Source of the DNA: Octopus vulgaris
Lineage: Eukaryota
Direction: 5' to 3'
Length of the DNA: 64,000 nt
Assembly (NCBI GenBank): GCA_951406725.2
Contig: OX597825.1
Span: 29,388,001 to 29,452,000, forward strand
Shown here one piece after another: positions 1 to 10,296 of this stretch. The notes under the pieces are model-generated. The model was not told the DNA's origin. It made no database searches and saw nothing but the letters and a program-made list of their open reading frames with translations. Position 1 is the first letter of the stretch, and each line of letters starts with the position of its first letter. Made by a program: the position numbers and the translations under genes.

Positions 1-27
1 ATTATTATTATTATTATTATTATTATT

Positions 28-585
28 GAGTGAGAGAGCAGTGCATGCCATCAAAGTGACACTGGGGTAAAATATACGAAGCCCAGTATACCCATCATGA
101 CTACCCATCTGATAAGAGTACACCAGGCACATGCATCACGACCATATGCACGCGACATGGTGATCTCATATCAAGATAAACAGTACATGACCTTGCAGGT
201 GGGGCCCAGTTAGAATTTTCTTCTGGTCAAGTGGCCCATCTTGCTCAAAAGGTTCCTGAATAAGGGTTGTTTAAGGATGTTGAACGAAACACACATGTTT
301 CCAGAGGTGAATTATTCAAACCCCAAAGAACCCCTCATAACACGTGGCTATGATGCTCCCCAACTACTTCTGCTCGCGATCAGAGATGCACATATCATCA
401 GCCACTAAGGGACATGCTCAACTGTTTAAGGTCAAACAAGTGACAAGCAAATCTGTGGTATTGAGCAGAATATTTGCTGTAGCCCATCTTTTATACCAAG
501 ACAAAACAATGTACATGATAACACTTCCAATCATTTCAGATCAGAAGCCACAAGAGCCACCACCTGGTACTGCATCAGGGCATTT
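28..585 (-). mobile_element. ~560-bp non-coding interspersed element embedded in (ATT)n; copy 1
   Basis: End-to-end reverse-complement similarity to 2872-3426 (gagtgagagagcagtgcatgccatcaaagtgac ... gattggaagtgttatcatgtacattg); ATT repeats on both sides; strand assigned from the AAT tail side. Confidence 0.8.
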
Positions 586-646
586 ATTATTATTATTATC
601 ATTATCATTATTATTATTATCATTATTATTATTATTATCATTATTA

Positions 647-698
<52 letters not shown>

Positions 699-817
699 CA
701 TTATTATTATTATTATCATTATTATTATTACTATTTTTATTATTATTTTTATTATTATTATTATTATTATGATTATTATTATTATTATTATCATTATTAT
801 TATTATTATCATTATTA

Positions 818-869
<52 letters not shown>

Positions 870-984
870 CATTATTATTATTATTATCATTATTATTATT
901 ACTATTTTTATTATTATTTTTATTATTATTATTATTATCATTATTATTATTATTATCATTATTATCATTATTATTATTATTATA

Positions 985-1016
<32 letters not shown>

Positions 1017-1101
1017 CATTATTATTATTATTATCATTATTATTATTACTATTTTTATTATTATTTTTATTATTATTATTATTATTATGATTATTATTAT
1101 T
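586..1101. repeat. (ATT)n/(ATC) compound microsatellite with higher-order duplication
   Basis: Directly visible; variant block actatttttattattattttt recurs at ~730, ~901 and ~1048. Confidence 0.95.
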
Positions 1102-1264
1102 ACATATTTATTTATTTATTTATTTATTTTCCTTTTAATTTCTTATGTTGCTTTTCTAACATTTCATTTTGTCATATCAGATTGGCATGGTGAACATTTA
1201 ACACCCTTCACTGCTTAATGAACAACAAACAGTTTGAGGACATAACTACTACAGTAGGAACATA

Positions 1265-1408
1265 AAATATATATTTATGCATGTGTGTGTCTGTGCATGT
1301 GCATGCACACACAGACACACACACATATAAATACATATATATATACATACACAAACATTCAAACACAAACACATATATATACACACATAACTATACACAC
1401 ATACAAAC

Positions 1409-1439
<31 letters not shown>

Positions 1440-1574
1440 TATACATATACATATGTATATACTTATTTATGTATGTTTATGTATATATATATATATGTTT
1501 GTGTATGTATACATGCATATTTATGTTTATGCAGAAATATGTTTATATATATATATATATATATGTCTGTGTGC

Positions 1575-1609
<35 letters not shown>

Positions 1610-1622
1610 AGTATGTATATAC

Positions 1623-1686
<64 letters not shown>
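1265..1686. repeat. (TA)n/(CA)n/(TG)n compound microsatellite
   Basis: Directly visible. Confidence 0.9.
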
Positions 1687-1690
<4 letters not shown>

Positions 1691-1776
1691 GCACATACCT
1701 ATATGAATGTATTCATATAATCACAAATGCATAACTGTGTGTGTGTTTGGTTTATTAGCTTTCGGTACCAAAAAAA

Positions 1777-1814
<38 letters not shown>

Positions 1815-2529
1815 CGAAAAGAAAAGAAAAGAGAAAAGGACATCATAGAATCAAAGTCTTGATTTGAATGAAAGAACTAAATATTAAAGATCTTCTAACA
1901 TCAATCAAGGAATTATTGCGATTGGTATGATAATTGTATATTTGCCCATAAGCTAATGGACTCTAAGTAGGTGAGATAGGTGATGAATAGGAAATGGTTG
2001 AAATAGTCTGTTTGTCTTTATCGATTATAAAAGTGTCTCCTACCAACATATAAAGTCATCATCGATTTTGCTTGAACAGCAAAGATTTCCAACTTCAAAA
2101 TGAAAGAGGGGGGAAACTTTGTGGAATTCTTAACTAACTGCACTTTTCGTACGAGTCGTTCTCTCTAACTAAAGATTGTAATCATGTCATAAATTGTAAC
2201 AGATTTATTGTCTCTATTAAACATTGACCTATTGATATTTATAAATACTCCCCTGAAGACTTACTTGTTCATGTAAAATATAGTAAAATGTACGATACAT
2301 CCAGCTAAGGTAACGATAAGAAATTACCAACCTATTTACCGAATGCTTGATGCACTCTTTTGTTTTCTTTCTGCTGGCCATGTCAGGAAAAGTAAAGCCA
2401 GCTCTGTGACCCCAATATTAGACTGGTACTTTATTTTATGTAGCTCGGAAAGGATGCTGGAGTTGTTTTTCTGGATCCAAACCAATGATATAATAAGTCA
2501 AAACAAAATGCAGTAAGGGATTTTGTTCA

Positions 2530-2663
2530 ATGATCTATGATAACGATGATGATGATCATGATGATGATGACAACGATGATGATGACAACGATGATGATGA
2601 TGGTGGTGATGAGGAGGATGATGAGGCAGATGAAGAGGATGAGGATGATGAGGAGGATGAGGC

Positions 2664-2698
<35 letters not shown>

Positions 2699-2721
2699 TG
2701 GATGATGATGATGATGACAAC

Positions 2722-2757
<36 letters not shown>

Positions 2758-2871
2758 AATGACAACGACGACGATGAGGATCATGATCATGATGATGATG
2801 ATGATGGTGATCATGATGATGATGAGGATGATGATGATCATGATGATGACGATGGTGATGATGATAATGAT
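2530..2871. repeat. Degenerate (GAT)n microsatellite
   Basis: Directly visible; source of the poly-D, poly-M and poly-I ORFs. Confidence 0.95.
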
Positions 2872-3426
2872 AAATGCACTGATATAATATGAGGCAGTGG
2901 TTCTCATGGTTTCTGATCTTAACTGATTGGAAGTGTTATCATGTACATTGTTTTGTCTTGGTGCAAAAGATGCACAACAGCAAGTGTTCTGCACAGTACT
3001 GCAGATTTGCTTATCAGTTGTTTGACCTTAAACAGTTAAGCATGTCCCTTAGTTGCTGATGATATGTGCATCTCTGATCACAGGCAGGAGTAGTGGGAGA
3101 GCATCATAAACATGTGCTGAGAGGAATTTTGGGGGGTCCGAATAATTCACCTCTGAAAACATGATTTTTCATACAACATCCTTAAATAAACCTTATTCAG
3201 GGAACTTTTGAGCTTTAAGAGCTACTCGACCAGAAGAAAATTCTAACTGGGCCCCACCTGCAAGGTTATGCACCATTAATCTTGATATGAGGTCACCATG
3301 TTCTGCACATATGATTGTGATGCATATGCCTAGTTTACACTTATATGGGTAGTCATGATGGGTATATTGGGCTTCGTATATTTGTACCCCTGTGTCACTT
3401 TGATGGCATGCACTGCTCTCTCACTC
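2872..3426 (+). mobile_element. ~560-bp non-coding interspersed element; copy 2, followed by (AAT)n
   Basis: Inverted copy of 28-585; ends gatggcatgcactgctctctcactc then (AAT)n to ~3543. Confidence 0.8.
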
Positions 3427-3469
3427 AATGATAATAATAATGATAATAATGATAATAATGATAATAATG

Positions 3470-3527
<58 letters not shown>

Positions 3528-3547
3528 TGATGATGATGATGATTTCA

Positions 3548-3727
3548 AAATTTGGGATAAGGCCAGCAGTTTCAGGAGAGAGTGTATGATGATTTAATTG
3601 ACCCCAGAATTCAACTGGTACATATTTTATTGACCTCTAAAGGATGAAAAGCAAAACTGACCTCAACAGAATTTGAACTCAGAATGTAAAGATGAATGCC
3701 ATAACAATTCTGCCAGTTCTCTGCCTT
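3548..3727 (-). mobile_element. SINE family A (degenerate)
   Basis: Matches the reverse complement of 19655-19885 (aaaggatgaaaagcaaa...gaatttgaactcagaatgt). Confidence 0.75.
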
Positions 3728-3763
3728 AATTATAATAGTAATAATAACGATACTGATGGTAGT

Positions 3764-3865
3764 GAAGAAGAAGGAGGAGGGGGAGGGGAAGGAGGAGGAG
3801 GAGAAGAAGTAGAAGAAGAAGAAGTAGAAGAAGAAGAAATTGAAGAAGAAGAAGAAGAAGAGAAG

Positions 3866-3897
<32 letters not shown>

Positions 3898-4138
3898 GAA
3901 GAAGAAGAAATTGAAGAAGAAGAAGTTGAAGAAGGAGAAGTTGAAAAAGGAGAAATTGAAGAAGGAGAAATTGAAGGAGGAGAAGTTGAAAAAGGAGAAA
4001 TTGAAGAAGGAGAAATTGAAGAAGGAGATGTTGAAGAAGAAGAAGTAGAAGAAGAAGAAATTGAAGAAGAAGAAGAAGAAGAAGAAGAAGAAGAAGAAGA
4101 AGAAGAAGAAGAAGAAGAAGAAGAAGAAGAAGAAGAAA
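3764..4138. repeat. (GAA)n purine tract with 15-nt higher-order unit (gaaggagaaattgaa)
   Basis: Directly visible. Confidence 0.95.
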
Positions 4139-6039
4139 ACAATGGCAGCAATGACGACGACAAAGAAGAGAAGTAGAAGGAGAAAGAAAGACCTTAAACT
4201 GTTTTTTTTTTTAATAACATTATGTTCATCTCTTTTAAAAGTGCTTTTCACGTATTTCCAATTCTAGCAGTATTGTTGACTTGTATAACACTTCACAAAT
4301 TGTAAATCATTCAAAAATTTGGTCTCCATTGAATCCAGCGAAATTTTGAAGTGTGTAATAAAAATCTTACGTACTTTTAACCAAACAGATTACTTAGAGA
4401 GCTCTCATTTTGTTTATAGCTATCTCAATGCTAAAACCAATTTTCAATTAGTTCAGCTAATGAAGTAAGAACAAACTCAATATGATATGTCAAATGTTAA
4501 ACATAGAAATGCTTTGCTTAAAGCAAAACTTTGTTCCTTATCAGATCTTATCCTAAATCTAAGTTAAGCTCATTGATTGAATTCTTTCATATTTCATATG
4601 GCAACTTGTATTTAGATATTTCACATGTGTCAAGTATACTTACATTTTGTATAGAGTAAATTAAGTTATGACATTCTCTTTATATTTCAACTATTTCTGT
4701 TATTGTAGCATCTTAATTTATACTAAACGAGATAACATGAAAATGCATTGAGCTCAAGAAATTTTTGATATATTAATAACGTCCCTTGTGAAATTCTCTT
4801 ATAAAATTCATAATGAGTCAGCATCAGAACGTTTCTATTCATATTTGTTCTGTATAGTAACAACATTTGTTCAAGAAGCACTGCAGAATGCAGAAACTAT
4901 TAACTTTAAAATAGAGAAACATAAGAGAATTTCTCTGTAGTTGTATGACCTGATCAATTTAGCTGCAAAATTTCTCTCAACAAAATTCCTCTTGTTCTTG
5001 CCTCATTTTAAAGGCTTTAACTTTAGAATACCTTACCTCACAATAGAATAAGGAAGAATATAATAAGAATTACATTAAAATTAACTTTGAAGAGCCTTGC
5101 ATAGATAAATTTAAAACAAACGTTATCTATTAAAGAATGGCCAGCATTTTCTTGTAACTTTGTTAATATTGAATTGAAGATCAGAGTATCTCCATCTTTA
5201 AGTAACTGGTGGATCCAAAGTATCTTTAGAAGAGGATGAAGATTCTGCAGTGTCTTCACAAAATTACAGTTAAGCTTTATATCTGAGATCAATGGATCTG
5301 AGATATTTATCAGTTTGAAGCGAACTTCAATTAAAATGAAAAATCATACACACATACACATGCACTCATAAACACACACATCCCACTCATACATTCATAC
5401 ACATACATGCAAATGTATGTGGGTGCATGTGTGGATGCCTGTGTACATACAACTTACAATTTCTTTCATGCTTGTGTCAATAAAATGTACCAAGTTATAC
5501 TCTGATAGAAAGGTCATCCTGATATAGAAGTCAGGCCAAAAGTAAAATGTGTGAGCATCAAATTACAAGAGCAGTGACTCAGAATAAGAACAAACTCAAA
5601 TTATGATGACATATCTAACCCATCTTGGCATGGAAAGCAGATGTAAAAAACGAGGATGATAATGACAGAGATGATATATATGTTACTTTATGGTGGCGTA
5701 TTTGTGTTCATAGCTTTGTATCAGGTTTATGGTTTACTAATCAACATGTACATAGCAAACTGGTAGAGATATTAGAGAGAGTTAGATACAATGCTTCTTG
5801 GTATTTGCACTGACTCTCTGTATCCCAAGATCAAATCCCGCCAAAGGCGGCTTTTCTTTTTATTCCTTCAATTTTCTTCTTTATCTTTTGCCTTTTATTC
5901 TTTCATTCAAAAAGAATCGACCCAGGGTGGTGGATTAGTGGAAGGAAAGAAAGCCTTGCAGTGTTTGTTTTGTTTCTTTGCAATCTGTGTTCAAATCCTG
6001 CCATGGTCCCCTTTAAAAGGTGGAGTTAAATATTCACCA

Positions 6040-6228
6040 CCTGACTGGCCCTCGTGCTGGTGGTATGTAAAAGTACCCACTACACTCTCGGAGTGGTTGG
6101 CATTAGAAATTCTGCCAGATCAGATTGGACCCTGGTGCAGCCATCTGGTTCGCCAGTCCTCTGTCAAATCATCCAACCCATGCTAGCATGGAAAGCAGAT
6201 ATTAAACAATGATGATGAGGATGATGAC
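6040..6228 (+). mobile_element. SINE/LINE 3' portion, family C, (GAT)n tail
   Basis: cccactacactctcggagtggttggc...ccaacccatgctagcatggaaagc, shared with 37207-37460 and 62455-62610. Confidence 0.75.
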
Positions 6229-7199
6229 CACCACCAAACATCTTGGGTATCTTTTGATAGAATCTGTTCTGTTGTAAGAACTTAGGTCACTTTGCAAGTT
6301 TGAAGATATCTTCTCCCCTTCCAGTAGTCTTGTAAATTCAGTAAAGGGTCACAAGTACTCCCCGTTCTTGACTAAAAGATTAAAATGGACTTCGATGATT
6401 GAATGACAACCGAGACAGTATTATTGATGATAGGTTAGTGATTGTCATGTCTAGAATATGGGGGTCCCAGTGGAATGTGTTTTTAGTGATATAAATATCC
6501 ATCTATTTGATTGAGATAAGTGAGAAATTCTTGTAATATCATTTAGCGATGCTGATGCTGATGATGGTGATGATAGACTTATCAACATAAGCTAGTATTT
6601 GAAATTTTAAGCTGTCATTAGATCAAATCATCGACTACAGTTTTTATTTCCAATGTCGAAGCGCCATGCCAAAGGGTCATTTAAAGTTTCACATCAAAGC
6701 TATAAAAGGAGAATGGTTTCATTTCTAAATAGATTTAATTTTCCAAATGAAAGGCATCACTTTGCCAAGACATTGTCAAAATAATTGCATGGTATAAAAG
6801 GTTGGCCAGGTTATGTAAATGCCAACGCATTGAACTAGTCTTTCAAGACCTTCTCTCTTATTTAATCCATTCCATTCTTCTGAATAAATATTCCAGAATT
6901 TCTTCAAATGCTTTTCACACTCATTTCAATAGTCTGAATAACTTTGTTTTCTCGATGTTATGCAAAGAACTATCTTTCAAGTGATTTATTTTCTCTCCTA
7001 GCCCCCCGTTTGTAAACAATGCTGTGCATTGGCAGCAATTGAAGGGACAATGCCTTCATCTATTTATATACCTCCCTATACATTTGGAGTTCAAAAGACT
7101 CACTTGTAAGAAGCAAATGGTATCAGTAATATACTGCACATTGCTTTTAATTGATTATACTCTCTCCTATGGTTTGTGGTTGCATGTCAATGTAAAAAA

Positions 7200-7262
<63 letters not shown>

Positions 7263-7829
7263 TCTTTATTTCTACTTTCTGAATGAAATGATGTATTTTA
7301 ACTGTATGTAGTCTCCTTCACTCACACAATATGTGTAAACACGCTTGCCACACTGACAAAGTGGTGGACTACACTTGAGTAAGTAATACTCATTAAAAGT
7401 GTTGGACTATATCTGAGTAAGTACATATTGGATTATATCCTATTAAGTATACATCACAAACACTTAAGTACGTAAGCTAATTAATTATGTATACACCCCA
7501 GTTTTGCATGAACACATTTTATTATTTTGAAATAACATTTAGTTATGTATAAACAAGTACACACCTACATAAGCAAATTGAATAAAAACAAACAACAAAG
7601 ACTAGTCATTATTGATAACAAAAGCATCAAACAAATATGCATATATACATACACACACCCACGGCATTAAACAAATATATACTCTCCCCCCCGCCCCAGA
7701 AAAAATAGTGAAGGATGCTAGTTTGTTTCTTTGTCTCATTTGACTACCTTTATTTGTTTATAATTATAGAAACAGTGCTCTATTAGAATGTCTATGTTAA
7801 CAGATAAGACCCAGAGCCTAGCACTAACA

Positions 7830-8700
7830 TGAAAGTGTTAATGACAATTAGCCAAGACTCATGTTGGATCAGAGAAAATATTAACAATGACAAATAGGAA
7901 AAAATGAAAATAATAATATCAGTGATGATACTAACAATAATGAAAGGAAGTGGTTGGAATCTCCCCATGTCTTGATCGATGATACATCTAGTGATGGTGT
8001 CACAATAAAAATACTTGTAATTGCACTACCTCATATGAGTGACAATGAAAAAACAAAATATTAAAACTGAAGCCCTTGATGGTGACAGTGTTGCACCCGG
8101 CAGGCTCAGAGATACTGCTCCAGCTCCAGCCTGTCATTATCCAGCAAGAGACCAGCACACATGGCTTAGATGGAACAAACAAGTCGATGCTGTGGTCATG
8201 GAATGTTACTACCTGAGCAACCCTGTTGACGAAAATGATGCTCATATTAGGGGATACTGACAACATATGGATGATAATGGGCAGAAAGAAGATTGCTTCA
8301 ACTCATGGAACAGAGATTATGTGATCAAGCTAGAGCAATAAGAAAAATCGTTGGTTCACAGAAGAACTCGAAGCTATCAAAAGATGGGTTTTGGAAAACA
8401 GCTGCAGAGGAAATGATGAAAATACAGTTCTTACTGATGAAAGTAATCTCATAGTAGAAACCAGGTGAGATCTCTAATAAACCACAGGAAAGGAACAGTC
8501 GTAGCTTGCTCGATGAGGGACAGAGAGATGATCTGGAAGAAGACAATAAAACTAATGGTAACATGACAGATAGGCAAAAGGCAGTCTATGACAGAATAAC
8601 GGTAAGGCTACAGGAGAACAATAATGACATTATTTGCAACCTTGAAAAGGTTGATCAGTGGAAATTGAACTGAAACAAACAGTTGTCTGTCCACAACAGG
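7830..8700 (+). pseudogene. R4/Dong-like non-LTR retrotransposon, decayed N-terminal ORF region
   Basis: Translation WNKQVDAVVMECYYLSNP...RGY, then after frameshifts EQRLCDQARAIRKNRWFTEELEAIKR, resembling the N-terminal domain of R4/Dong RLE elements; stops and frameshifts present. Confidence 0.65.
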
Positions 8701-8711
8701 CAGAACTAGTC

Positions 8712-8920
8712 ATTTCACCAGGACTAACAAATATATATAACATACAGAAAATAGCACTACTAGGCACTGCACACATCCTACATAAAACATTTTCAATACA
8801 GTGAAAATAAAAGCTTCACAACAAACCACAGCACATACCCAAGGCAAACAGCTGTGCTCAGTAGTGCAGTGAAAATGCGTCATAAAAATAAGACTACTGA
8901 ATAATAATAATAATAATAGT
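8712..8920 (+). mobile_element. R4/Dong-like LINE 3' end with (AAT)n tail
   Basis: PGLTNIYNIQKIALLGTAHILHKTFSIQ*; 3' UTR ending gactactgaataataat; highly similar to 29571-29760. Confidence 0.8.
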
Positions 8921-9260
8921 AATTTGAGATTGAAGTTACTCTTCATGAAGGTAAAGAAACAAGAAGAAGAGCGCGACTGTTATTGGTAATAAATAGAGAT
9001 TGACTCTGTTTATTAAAATGAAAATGAGATGAATGAATAATATTTCGGCATTCTGTGTGTCTTTTACAAGTTCAAAATATAAAGCGAAATTAAATTTAAA
9101 GATAGGAAATGCTGAAACATTCAAAATTAAACCGGAATAACTGCATTTCTTTCCAAGTAAAACGACATTGTCAGATTTCGGTCTTTCACAAAGGGTAATA
9201 ATACTGCTCTCTCACTCAATAATAATAATAGTAATAATAATAATAATAATAATAATGATG

Positions 9261-9321
<61 letters not shown>

Positions 9322-9489
9322 AATTAATAAGAACTTCTAACTTGTTGTCTCTTGAGGTCTCTGGGTGAGACTTGGAGTCAACTTGTACAAATAAAAAGTA
9401 AATGCCAAACATATAACAACAACAACAACAACAACAACAACAATAATAATATTAATAATATAACAATAATAATAATAGTAGTGTTTTCA

Positions 9490-9700
9490 AATTTTTCTCA
9501 TAAGGCCAGCAATTTCAATGGAGGGGTTAAGTTGATTACATTGACACCAGTGCTCAGCTGGTACTTATTTTGTCAACCCTGAAAGGATGAAAGGCAAAGT
9601 TGACTTCTGCGGAATTTGAACTCAGAATGTAAAGATGTACAAAATGCTGCTAAGCTTTTTTTGCCTGGCATGCTAATGATTCTGCCAGCTTGCTGCCTCA
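9490..9700 (-). mobile_element. SINE family A
   Basis: ccctgaaaggatgaaaggcaaagttgacttctgcggaatttgaactcag core. Confidence 0.8.
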
Positions 9701-9877
9701 ATAATGATGATGATAAACATTCTATTTACATCAGCAAAATTTGATGACGATGAAGCTGTAAAATAAAGGAAGAACACTGTAAAATGCTGGATTATGGTAC
9801 CTAATTATCATCTTCAGTTGACAACAAAATGAACTTAGATCAAGCATTTTAGTGGCTAAGTTATATATCCTGTTCTG

Positions 9878-10296
9878 GGATCTTTTCAGTTTGAACGCAG
9901 CTTTTTCTAGCGGTGTCATATGAGATTGTCACCCATAATTATGACTTTTGTATCAATCTATTTCATTTCAATCTGTTTTAGGGTTAAGGTTAGGGTTAGG
10001 GGTGGGGGAAGGGTATCTTTTTTCTTCAGAAATGTAAATAAACCCAATCTGTTTCTTAAACGAGGGACATATTCATACGGCACAGAATATTTTCACCTCA
10101 ATAGACGTCATTGATTGGTTGAAATTGCAGAAATTGAATAAAAAAACAACAAATATCTTACAAACTATAGAATTTTCTCAATAAAGCCAAGAGAAAAAGA
10201 TGTTTTATAAACACATTCTACCAGTATACGAAGTTTAAAAGTGTTTAGTTACGTGGAAATTATTTTAAAAAACTGCCATTCAAACTGAAAAGATCC
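9878..10296. mobile_element. Non-autonomous DNA transposon (MITE), GG termini, 8-bp TSD
   Basis: TIRs ggatcttttcagtttgaa / ttcaaactgaaaagatcc; TSD ctgttctg at 9870-9877 and 10297-10304. Confidence 0.9.

Noticed and set aside
344-1734. Long poly-I, poly-L and YI-repeat ORFs (and similar ORFs throughout the window)
   Set aside because: Translations of (ATT)n, (TA)n and (CA)n microsatellites; no splice or domain support
2268-2312. ccctgaaga...gtacgatac as another hammerhead
   Set aside because: GAAA box is absent (gata) and stems I and III cannot be built
2530-2892. Asp-rich ORF resembling an acidic biomineralisation protein
   Set aside because: Degenerate (GAT)n tract abutting a repeat element; open in several frames; no signal peptide or exon boundaries
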